A stretch of DNA of 43,689 bases, counting the filler, from Catajapyx aquilonaris (taxonomy: Eukaryota), in the NCBI GenBank assembly GCA_000934665.2. It is 2 parts of 2 records of this genome, joined end to end, with 100 filler letters (N's around TTAATTAATTAA, not from the genome) between each part and the next. Parts side by side here need not be neighbours in the genome. Positions count along the whole stretch, not along the records: positions 21,876 to 43,689 come from JYFJ02005980.1; 1 more part is not named here. One strand, given 5' to 3'. Under the pieces are notes generated by a model. It made no database searches. It saw only the letters and a list, made by a program, of their open reading frames with translations, and had not been told where the DNA came from. This document shows positions 33,325-43,689 of this stretch, in pieces; position 1 is the stretch's first letter, and the number at the start of each line of letters is the position of its first letter. The translations under genes and the position numbers were made by a program.

Positions 33325-34438
33325 GAAGGGGTCGGTGCAATACTGCCCTAACCCACCAAATGACACAAATTGAGTTTCGCGCACTTCCATATTATACTAC
33401 ACTCAGATGTCTAATAAAGTACACTGAGATTGTCCAGTTTCTGCCATTTGTCGGTGAGAAATCAAACTAGGTTTTTCTTGCTGCAAGGTTATGAATGCCT
33501 AAGCTTCTGCAGTAAAACCGCCCTAACCCTCCATCTTCAAATATGGCAGCGCGTAAGATGCAGTTGCGAGCAGCTGCGTTTCACGAGCCGGGCTTAAATA
33601 GCGAGCTTTTGTCTGATGACACCAACGAGGATGAGAGTACCGAAGATTCGGATTTCAAACCTGATAATGATGATGTGCAAAGTAGCAGTCCATTACAGCA
33701 AAATAATAATATTAGTTGGGTCATTCCACGTCAAGACAGACAAGTCGGTGGCTCAACCCTCTCAGAATTTGATATAAAAATCATGTGTACACACCCATGA
33801 AGTGTTGCCAAAAACAAAGTTAGAGCCTCCCATGATCAAATTAGGGGAAAGCGGACATTTCAGAATTTTTAATCTCCAGGACTGCTTGACCTGTGATGTT
33901 GTCCTTGTACAGTACTAATGATCAGATGACAATGTAGACTACCTACCATATTAATTCCACATGCTTAGCATGCGTTTAACAATGACATTGGACCATATAT
34001 GAAATGTGTCCGTTTTGCACAACAATGCGAATTTTTTAGCATTTTTATTTTACAATCTAGGTTAAACCAGTTGCCACCAAAATGTTCCTCATCTCACGCC
34101 AGTTAATTTGATATAATTTATATGAACACTAAACTAACTTGTGATGCTTGTGATAATATGTTCTTGACCAAAATTTAGTTCGCATTACACGTGGGTCCAA
34201 TACTGCCTTAACACTTTTTTTCACACATGGCCACCTTATTTGGTTCATTCTGAGAGTTGGTGGTGCATCATCATCATCATAATAGCACATAAATGTCCCT
34301 TATTAGTTCCTTGTATATTGGGGGAGATATGAAAATTGTCCTATGGAAAAGGTGATTTATGGGTCATCTCAAACTTTCAAGTTAAGTTTTCTCAAATCAG
34401 GTTTGGGAGGGTTAGGGCGGTATTGCACTGACCCCTTC
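33325..34438 (+). mobile_element. Sola-like internally deleted DNA transposon (4-bp TSD AATT)
   Basis: TIR GAAGGGGTC(G/A)GTGCAATAC(T/C)GCCCTAACC. ORF 33543-33800 has an acidic DSDFKP stretch typical of transposase N-termini. Confidence 0.75.
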
Positions 34439-35512
34439 AATTGTTAACTGTAAAACTTCAGCATAGTTCTCATGAGAGTAAGGGCAGAAGTTCACTACCG
34501 TGAAACTTTGATTTATCATTTCTGGTGCTTCAGGTCACAAACAAGGTGGCAGTAGGTCATTGCTTCACAATCTTCTAAAGGGGAACCAAGAAGAGACTGC
34601 AGGGATTAGGTGGGGTTTTCCAACTTGTTAGCCCCCCTCCCCACCTCCCCAATCCCTATGTTTACCATGAAGATAAGTAGAGTAGCCAGGTGGGGATTTT
34701 TTTCCCCCCCCCCAACGTGGATGTGGGGTATTCCAGGTTCTTTTTGCATCTGGCAACTCTCCTTCAAAATGCCAGAAAACCCATGCAGTCTTTTCCTGGA
34801 CGGCCTATATTCTGAATGTTGTGGTTAAATCAGTTAAATATCTGGAGGTGTGAAGTGTCACATCATCATGCAAGAGAATCTCATCACATACTAGACAAAC
34901 ACATAGTTAAGCCTGTGTAAGCACACCTTGAAATCGTCACATTCTCTATGACCTTAAAAGCAGCACCTTGATAGCGAAGGGAGATTTCAGAGCAGCAAGG
35001 TGGTGAAGTATGCAGTTGCATAGTGTATAAGTACCAGGGTCCTGAATTGAGGGAAATCCTGATAAAGCTAACCCACTAGTGCAAATATGCCTGTGACTTC
35101 ACACAAAGTATGTGTGTACATCCAATTGAGGTGTTAATTTCAGTCAGTAAATTTTCTGCCATAAGTGGCTTAATTTTTGAGCAGTTATTTTGGAAGTTAC
35201 TTATAGAGGCTATCAAAAATATTGACTGCAAATATTAGGTTGCATGGAACCATCTGCAGTCTATCCTGCAAAAATAAGGTTCTGTTATTGATGGTAAAAG
35301 CCAATAGGCCATTCTCAATCAGATAACATTTCACTGATATGGGGTTGGATGGATGATTTAATTTGCCCCATATTAGCAGTTAATACTTTTGATAAGTAAC
35401 TACTTCACTTAGTTACTACTACTGCTTAAAAACAAGCAGCTAAGGACAAAAAATTACCTGAAACAGGCACCAAATTTAGAATAAGCCGAGGAATACACTA
35501 TACAAGGCGATG

Positions 35513-35745
35513 CATGGTGTTCCAAGTTCGTGGGCTGTTTTTAGTTATCACTGATATAGCCCAAAGTAGTAATTTTTTGTAGCTTGTTGTGTCCCAATCC
35601 AGGTGCTCAGTACTATCAGGTGGTTGAATGTAGCAGTGGCTATAGAATAAGGCACCTGGATCGGGGCACAACAGGCTACAAAAAAATAACAGCTTTGAGC
35701 GAAATTTCATCTAACTAAAAGGACCCATGAACTTGGAACACCCTG
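35513..35745. mobile_element. Tc1/mariner-derived MITE (same family as 24531-24825)
   Basis: GGTGTTCCAAGTTC / GAACTTGGAACACCCTG. Confidence 0.75.
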
Positions 35746-35867
35746 CATTTCCATTCAATTTCATTTTTCATCCTAATTTCCATTCAACTTCTGCATCACA
35801 TAGGTAAACCTCTGGCTTCCTTTGCAACATCCTATTTTCTCAGCAAAGCAGCACATTTTAGAACTCA

Positions 35868-36375
35868 CAACCAAACTAACTCCTCTTACCCTCCTAAATT
35901 TTGAAATTTTTTGGATTTTCAAATTCTGCTTGGCCTATAGTGTTGTGCAAACATCACCTCTGCTGCTAATTTTCCAGTCAAAATACAAGCTAAATGCAAT
36001 ATTCCAAAGCTACAACACCTAGCAGCCAGTTGCGGGTCGCAGGATCCCGGTCGCCGCAACTGTAGCGCGCTCTAGGGTGGCGCGAGCAAGTAGAATATGA
36101 CCTCACACGCTTCGAAATTGCTTCTGTGTAGCAATTTATGAATCAAGTTTAATCAATCATTTACACATCACTGACATCAGCTGCGATGACCCGCCACCCA
36201 CAACCGGATGCAGGTGTTGTGGCTTAGGAATTTCGGTCTTTTGGCTTGTATTTTGACCCTGCTAACATGAAAATTAGCAGCAGAGGTGATGTTTGCACAA
36301 CACTATAGGTTAAGCAGAATTAGAAAATTTAAAAATTTTCACAATTTAGGAGGCTAAGAAGAGTTAATTTGGTTG
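35868..36375. mobile_element. Palindromic MITE with ~150-bp arms
   Basis: CCTATAGTGTTGTGCAAACATCACCTCTGCTGCTAATTTTC and its reverse complement. Confidence 0.7.
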
Positions 36376-36625
36376 TCAGAAACTGTCAAGTCCTCTACCT
36401 ACTTTTGATAACCACTACCAACACACTGTGAACCTGCATGCTCCCCTTCAGACAATTTCCCCAGCTTCCTTATCACAGAAAACCCCTATACATTCCATCC
36501 TCAGAATCCTGAACCAGCCATCCCATCATACATGCCCTGCTTCTTCCCTTACAATTATTGAGAAAGTATCATACAAAGGGAAGCTTGTTGGTTCACAGAT
36601 TTGTGTGTGGTGCAGTAGTACTGAC

Positions 36626-36774
36626 CTGAACTGCACCGGCTGACAGTATTCCTTCCTAAACCGTTTGAGATCTTCCCGTTGATTATTCTTCAAGTTCTTG
36701 TCTGGGCTGTTCTCATCACAAATTGGGGGTGGCTCTGGGATATTAAACCTTTCTATAAGTAAATCTAACAGCTC
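36626..36774 (-). CDS. Sos: Sos exon (REM domain: ELLDLLIERFNIPEP...KRFRKEYCQPVQF)
   Basis: TTGCAG| acceptor and AG|GTCAGT donor; phase 0 to 2. Confidence 0.95.
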
Positions 36775-36854
36775 CTGCAATTAAAATTGTAGAATTAAAT
36801 GCCAATGTTCAAACAACTCACTCAAGTAATCTTTAAAAAAGTAGCTGCCTGTAC

Positions 36855-37119
36855 CTGTGGTGTGCAGAAACTGCGGTAGGTGGTTAGGAACGTGCGAACA
36901 AATTTTGGATCAGCATAAATATGATAGGTCAGTCTTTCTACTAGTTTGAGAAGGGTGGCTCCCTTTATCAGAGGCACTCCAGCATTTTCTCTCTCCTCTA
37001 GCACAATGTTGGCTTCGGAGTCTTCCACAGCAAAGCGGTATACTTCAGGATGTGGCAGTCTTAGTGGATGTTTCTTCTCCTCATCCAGAAGTATGCTGTC
37101 CAGTGTCCTATCCAACATG
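36855..37119 (-). CDS. Sos: Sos exon (PH-REM linker and [14 protein letters not shown]...[31 protein letters not shown])
   Basis: GTCCAG|C acceptor (phase 2) and CAG|GTACAG donor; highly conserved Sos sequence. Confidence 0.96.
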
Positions 37120-37483
37120 CTGGACAGAAAATTTGGTTTGTTACAAGCTGTCATGAATTTGTACAAGTGTGGGGTGTGGGTTATTCATAAGAATCACAGC
37201 ATTGTCTCAAAGCAAATCACACGACGAAAAATTAATGCAAGAAATCATTGCCTTTTACCTGTTCAATATTCAATGACAATATTCAACACACACTCCTTTC
37301 ACAATACACTTCAATACCTTTCAATACACAATTTCACAGAACTGGAGTTGTACAACAAAAAACTTCCAGGCATGAAATTATCCTGCTATAATTTTGCAAC
37401 AAGCAAGTTACCAATTTTGCTTTCTTAAACAATTCCAAAAAATTAACTATGAAAATGCATTCATAACCTCATGAGGTAATGAA

Positions 37484-37595
37484 AGTGGGTGAAATTTTTG
37501 TCCCACTGCTAGCTACTGCTAACTTAGCAGTACCAGTGCTAATGCTGGTAATGCTAAGTTAGCAGTGACTAGCAGTGAGACAAAAATTATTCCAC
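37484..37595. mobile_element. Small hairpin MITE
   Basis: AATTTTTGTCCCACTGCTAG..CTGCTAACTTAGCA and its inverse. Confidence 0.6.
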
Positions 37596-37687
37596 TCACT
37601 GTCTCTAAAACTCAAGATGTGCCATGAAGAATAATTCACAGTAGTTTTCTAAAACAAAAAGGACAATACTACATAGTGAACCATAAA

Positions 37688-37827
37688 GGCCATTTCACAA
37701 AAAAATGTCACGCGGCAAATGGCGTGACTTGCGGCAAATTCTTTATTTATATTTATTATTGCCAACAATTGGCAACAATAAATATAAATAAAAAATTTGC
37801 CGCGCGACATTTTTTTGTGAAATGGCC
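37688..37827. mobile_element. Harbinger-like mini-MITE
   Basis: GGCCATTTCACAAAAAAATGTC(A/G)CGCGGCAAAT inverted repeat. Confidence 0.75.
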
Positions 37828-38304
37828 TTAATATGTATATCTCATCATACACCTCTGCTACATTCCTGGTAATCAAATAGACAAAGTTCCTTAATAGAAT
37901 GTCATTCTCCCTAACAGATCATAAAAATGTATCAACAACTTTGCAATGACTAACAAAAACCCCAACCTTGAAATAAACAGTTGAGATCACCACTACTATC
38001 GGTGAGTGAAACATGCCATGAATATAGTGTGGTGCATATAAATATGAGATCCAAGTTAATCTGAGTGCCCAACAAAGGGTCTGTTACAGGATCCACGATG
38101 TTGCTGCATCCAATAATATTTAGTGGCAATTGTAACTAAGGGCCGTTTTCTCGAACAGTGGTTCAAATGTAAACCCGGTTCAAAGCCGATTTAAACCCTT
38201 GACAACAGCCTAACAACAATCAAATCAGGGATTAAACACCGCAGGGAAGTAAACACCAACTCCTGGACAACTGCTTACAGTCAACAATTGTCACCAATGT
38301 CCTA

Positions 38305-38657
38305 GAAATGGCGTCGGTGAAGGAATTTTTCATGTATCCGGGTTTGGGTGCTTCCACACCCGTCGTACTCCCCTATATGGCACCCAGTAACTTTCACATG
38401 TTCGAATCCATGAAAAAAACCCTTTGCCGAAGCAATTTCGAGGATATTGTTGAACAAGAAGCAGTTGTCCGGGATTGGGTGCGCTGCACCACCAAAAGGT
38501 GGTACCTGGAGGGCCAGGAGAGGTTGCCACACCCTTGATGCCAATGCATTCGGTTCCAGGAGGGTTCTATCGATAATGTGTGCTTATCTGCTGACCTGTA
38601 TGAGCCCTGTATTTGTGGCAAAAAAATAAAGTGTAAAAACTTTCCTAACACCCCTGG
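38305..38657 (+). mobile_element. 3' relic of a mariner
   Basis: HPSYSPYMAPSNFHMF (degenerate YSPDLAPSD) followed by a TIR-like end AAACTTTCCTAACACCCCTGG|TA. Confidence 0.7.
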
Positions 38658-39053
38658 TATTTTCCATTTCATAAACGTCACAATGGTGTCTTATTGCAAC
38701 ATCTCTTATTCTGTTTTGTGATATTTGACCTTGGTCAACACTAGAATCAGTGCGTAGGGAGTTGTTTACGTTTTGTGTGCTTCATTGAGGTATTGGAGGA
38801 TTACTGGCCTCCTACAACAGATTAGATCTAGGGTCGTGATTGTTTTTGCAGATGAGGGGTTTACATGAAAAATGTAACAGGTAACCTCACTGCATCCATA
38901 ATGTGACACCCAATGCCTCCGACTGACATCCGAGTCCATGCCGAGGCATGGATTTTTTCCCTCCCCCTTACACAACATTTTTGCACACACATACGTGGAA
39001 AATGTCGCTAGCAGTATGCCTCGATTCATGTCCAACACTGTACGGTGGGTGAT

Positions 39054-40045
39054 TCAGAACAGTGATACCACGTTGAAACAAGAATTTGCGCACAAGGATG
39101 GCACAGTGTGCTGCAAAACCCAATTTATAGTCTGGTAAAACTGCGGCCTTACTCGCCGGATGCGCTTCAACAAACGTTTCAGAACTTCCAGGTAGAATGT
39201 AGCATTCACGGTTTGACTGGCAGGAACAAATTCCTTATGGATGATTCCATCTTTCTCGAAGAATGTGATTAACATCGTCTTGACCTTGGATTTTTGCGGA
39301 CGGCATTTTTTGGGTCGTGGCGAAGAAGGTGCCCGCCATTCCATTGATTGCCTCTTCGATTTAGGATTATCTGGTAACACCAAGACTCGTCCTCTGTGAC
39401 AATGACTCAGAAAGGTCAGGTCTTGGTAATGAAATCTCCAATGGTTTCCAAACATCTTGTTGTTTGGTTGTCTGTAAGAGGTGCAGCACAAATCTTGAAC
39501 AAAGCTTGCGCTTACCCAAATTTTCATGAATGATGGCATTCACTGTCTTCGCTCATTCCCACTTCTTGTGCTATCAATCACACCGTCATTTGCCGATCTA
39601 TCTTGCTAGGATGCTTCTCACTGCCTCACACGCTCGATCATATCGGGAGTGCTGCTTGCCAGCGGACGACCTGAACGTGGCTTGTCTTCCACTGATTCCT
39701 TAGCGTTGCAAATGCATGTAAACCAGTTGTACACATATTTTCTGGTCACAGCTTCCTCCCTGTAGACTTTGATCAACATTTTGTGCATCTCCACCTCCGT
39801 TTTCCCTCATTTGAAGCAGAATTTAATGATGTCGTTGCTCCATTGCTGTGTGATGCCACCTCTGACACTGACACTCTCCACTGACACTGACTGTGGTCAA
39901 ATGACTGCAGTGGCAGTGCATTATGGCCACGCCCACTTCACGCTAGGATTAAGTTTCCCAGCATGCACCTGTCTATTCGCAGCTTTTTCGCGTCCTTTGC
40001 AATCGAGATATACGAACATTCCCCGAACTTTTCAGACATACCACG
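39054..40045 (-). mobile_element. 3'-truncated mariner with degraded transposase
   Basis: PKSKRQSMEW...KSKVKTMLITFFEKDGIIHKEFVP.SQTVNATFYLEVLKRL. Upstream RSGRP relic; terminus TA|CGTGGTATGTCTGAAAAGTTC. Confidence 0.85.
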
Positions 40046-40245
40046 TAAGTGGAGTTGAGGCATTTTGCTGGGGACTCAAGTGCCATGTGAGAGTCAACAT
40101 CCACTAGGAGCAATAATTTCCAAAATCGTCTATTTACAAGCTGATGCTAAGGCAGCACACTCTGATCACAATGGGATGATTTCAAGATTAGGTGTTTGGT
40201 GTGCTTCCTGAAGGTTGCCTGCATCATACTAGGTAAAAAAAACAC

Positions 40246-40396
40246 CGGGTCGCGACCCCCTTTTATGACAGTCAAGTAACCTGCGACCCCCCNNNNNNNN
40301 CCCCCCCCCCCCCCAATTGAAAAAAAATCAAATGTCCTGTAATTTTTAAAAAATATAAATTTTAGTAATTTTGTACCCCCAGGTTGGGAACCACTG
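40246..40396. mobile_element. hAT Charlie-like MITE fragment (contains an 8-N gap)
   Basis: GGGTCGCGACCC and an AGGTTGGGAACCACTG end. Confidence 0.6.
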
Positions 40397-40944
40397 ACCT
40401 AGAAGCACCACAAAATATCTGCAAAAGCTGGTGTTAGTGAGGTAACAAAATTAGTTCCTGAGTATGTCTGATTAGCACTAGCATATTCTTAAAGCAAGGG
40501 GTGTCTGACCATTTACAATGTATAAGAAACTGCCCCCATAAAACTATACAGCAGTGGGGTGGGAAAAATCTTTAGCTGCTACTGCACACAAACATCATGT
40601 CAATCAAAGCATTTGTCAAACAGTGGTACCAGATTTTCTCAGATCTCTTGAGCTTTCCTGCCTTCCAAAATTTTTCTGCAGATAGCAAATCATATAAAGG
40701 TCACTCAGTGGAAGGTCTGGTCTGGTCTGGGTACTCAAATGTGCACCACTTGAACAGTTCGAGACTTTGGGTACAGATCATAATTATAAGGACTGCCACG
40801 TGCAATGAGGCATTGTCGTGTGTCCTTCTTCAGTAGTTCAAGTGGGACATTTATGAATATCCTGCAGAAAGCCCATCCCGTGGTCCAGAAATTTCAATGA
40901 ACTTTCAATGACCTTCACATTCCAGATCCAACTTCTTAAGATAT

Positions 40945-41604
40945 GAGGTGCTGAAAATCAAAAACCGCCAGCTCCAAAAAACAAAAAAAATGAGTTAGAG
41001 CCGGCAATGCATTCCTCATGCCATGGAGTACATAATAACTTAATATGGTATTAAAAACCCTACAACAAAGCCGTCAAATGCAGGGGTGAAAAGCGACCTC
41101 CGTAACAAAAACCGCCACTCCATCCCCACTCGCAGAAAATTACAGATCAAAAACCGCCAGCTCCATCACGAAACTAAAGCTGAGATGGGCGACAGTACAT
41201 ACTGCGAAGCTCGTACAGATAACGACGGTGCGAATGAGATGCGCATTTAACAGAACACCTTGCGTAATGTAATGGAACATTGGTATGTAAGCGTGGAATA
41301 AACTTAAACATTTACACGGATAAACTTGTGTTTCATGTTTCCCTCACTCAATTTTGCATCAAAAACCGCCAACTCCAGCTGTTGCAAATCAAAAACCGCC
41401 CAGTGGCGGAATGGACGGTCCACAGCTCATTGGGTAATGGCGTATGATTTCATAATAACTTACCAATGGTTGTGTTGCTAGAAAAGGAATCTATAGCCGC
41501 TACATTCAGGTGTCTACCTTGACATACGGCGAAACGGTAGGTTTTTCTCGTTTTTCTCAGTTACGTTTATGACGGAGCTGGCTGTTTTTGATTTTCAGCC
41601 CCTC
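40945..41604. mobile_element. Sola-like MITE (GAG termini, 4-bp TSD ATAT)
   Basis: GAGG(T/G)GCTGAAAATCAAAAAC(C/A)GCCAGCTCC TIRs; internal CAAAAACCGCC iterations. Confidence 0.78.
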
Positions 41605-41832
41605 ATATATCAAAACTGCATTTTTTCACAGATAATCCTCCCCAGTTGAAAACATGTTATCATAGGGTACGAACATACTGCAAAAGTCAACAAGCTAGTC
41701 TGCAGAATGTTTCAATTATGAGAGATTCACTGCTAGTCTACTATCATTCGCAAGGTTAAGTTGACTCAAAAGAATGTTTTTTTCTCTCTCTCTCTTACCT
41801 GAAAAAAAAAATCCACAGTACGTATGTATGTA

Positions 41833-41840
<8 letters not shown>

Positions 41841-41901
<61 letters not shown>

Positions 41902-41912
41902 ACACACACACA
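41841..41912. repeat. (TA)n(CA)n microsatellite
   Basis: Seen directly. Confidence 0.95.
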
Positions 41913-42339
41913 CAGGGTGTATCTGAACTCAGTGCCCCGACATATATGACTGCCTTCCTAGCCACCAGAGGATCAACTTATGTAGCTAGGAGTCATTATG
42001 TCTGGGCAGCCTCATTACTGAGATACACTCATTAGAGATTTTTGCCTAATCGCTCCTTCTGACTTTTAAATAGAATTTTCTGGTGTAACTAGCCAAAGAG
42101 GCCTTACCACCTGAGGGCAACAAACCAACAAAGTCCGGCCCCCAGACCTTCCAGAGCCTTCTGACTGGGGGAGGGTTCGATGGGTGGCCTAACCAACAGG
42201 ATATTTTGTACTACATGTTTGTGGCCAATTATCTCCGTAATGCGGCGGCCAGACATAATGACTCCTATACTTAAATCGATCCTCTGGTGGCTAGGAAGGC
42301 AGTCACATACGTCGGGGCACTGAGTTCAGATACACCCTG
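41913..42339. mobile_element. Tc1/mariner-derived MITE ending ~21 nt from a Sos donor site
   Basis: CAGGGTGTATCTGAACTCAGTGCCCCGAC perfect TIR, with ~95-bp arms. Confidence 0.88.
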
Positions 42340-42362
42340 TATATTTTGATAAGTGAGCCTAC

Positions 42363-42803
42363 CTTTCAGTATTGAGCATGACTAGTGCTGCCATCCAGTT
42401 GCTCTTCTCCTCCATTGTTTTGGCTGAAAGAATCACATGTGGCTGCACTCTAGGTGCAATTTCAAACACATTCTTCAGGTCCTCAGTGTCCTCCCTGTCT
42501 ATGATCTCCACTTTTCTAATAAAGAACTTTTCCTTAAGCTTGTAATCTGCCACTGGGAAAGTCACTGATGATCTCCTGTTGTTGTGCTTGCACAGGACCA
42601 TCAGTCCATCAAACAGGAACACGTACCGCTCGGTAAGCCGTTTTCCTGGGCCTACCTTGTAGAGGACCCCTTCAGTAATGAACTCATTACAGCACTGGCC
42701 CACATCCTTGTTGTCCCAACCATCTGTTGACTTCTGTAACTCATTCATCTTTTGCAATGCTGCCTGCCTGCTAGCTCTGCTATGCATCCGGACACCAATC
42801 TCT
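42363..42803 (-). CDS. Sos: Sos exon (PH domain: KMNELQKSTDGW...CCNEFITEG...ERYVFLFDGLMVLCK...YKLKEKF...KSNWMAALV)
   Basis: CATCCAG| acceptor and AG|GTAGGC donor; 441 nt, phase 2-2. Confidence 0.96.
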
Positions 42804-43519
42804 CTGGATGACAACAAAGTACATTAGAATTTTTTGTCAATTTGTATATTACAGCTATTTCTTATTCTAGGTATGCATTATCAATGATTAAATGACACAT
42901 CACCCGAATAATTTAAGCCCAAATACATCGCAACCAATATACGTTTTTGCCCAAATGACAAGTGTCCCAAGACCAAATACCCAGTTGCAGTGCTGAGGGT
43001 AGGCCATGGATGAAGGATTAATTCTTGCAATATATTGTTGTTTACTGTTGAAACAATTAATGAGAATGGCAAATCCTCCATCCAGTGTTGCAACTGGACC
43101 TCTGGTCTCTGGGTGATTCCCTCCCACCCCGAATGTTTTTCGATGAAAATGGCTTGGGAGAAGTGGTGTGATGCAATTAACAAATTGGGATCATTTTAAA
43201 TGTGTCCATGAGGAAAAATCAACGTTTCCAACAAATATTTTCAATTTACACTTTTTTGCCTTGTCCATAATACTGTATTATAAACACCACATCCTGTTTA
43301 GGTACCCAAAATTGCAGATGTGATGGTCTCATATTTTTAAAAACATGCAGTGACAGGTGTGGAAGAGGGTTCATCATGCAGGCCAAGCCATTATGCAATT
43401 GCAAAATGACATGACATGCACTTTCTGTGAAGACCTCGAGGAAAGAACGATATAGGTCCATCGCATGTGAAACTGAGATATTGCAATTTCAAACTTTGAA
43501 GAGATTCACCACAATATTA

Positions 43520-43547
43520 ATATAATAATAACAATAATAATAACAAC

Positions 43548-43597
<50 letters not shown>

Positions 43598-43617
43598 AAC
43601 AACAACAACAACAACAT
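43520..43617. repeat. (AAT)n(AAC)n microsatellite
   Basis: Seen directly. Confidence 0.95.
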
Positions 43618-43689
43618 CACGACATTTCCCTATGAGGGGTAGTCAGCGATGAAGGGAGATGCAAGCTAACCCAACATATGAACTAATAA

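Overview
Eukaryotic, arthropod-like (probably insect) genomic DNA. It consists of two contigs joined by an artificial 100-nt spacer (44 N + TTAATTAATTAA + 44 N, 21776-21875). Left contig: a CpG-rich promoter, a spliced Arg/Ser/His-rich orphan gene or pseudogene on + whose Arg codons look eroded by CpG deamination (a weak, unverified resemblance to insect transformer/feminizer), and the last coding exon plus a ~4 kb TE-free 3' UTR of a novel-class PKC (Pkc98E/PKC-epsilon type) on -. Right contig: seven consecutive, phase-compatible internal exons of Son of sevenless (PH, REM, CDC25 RasGEF domains) on -. The introns are packed with transposons: nested and palindromic mariners, hAT, Harbinger, Sola-like and TTAA-site MITEs and foldbacks, a Helitron helicase relic, and modular tRNA-derived SINEs. 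No CRISPR, rRNA or true tRNA genes were seen. All assignments come from reading the sequence by eye and from remembered family motifs; no database search was run.
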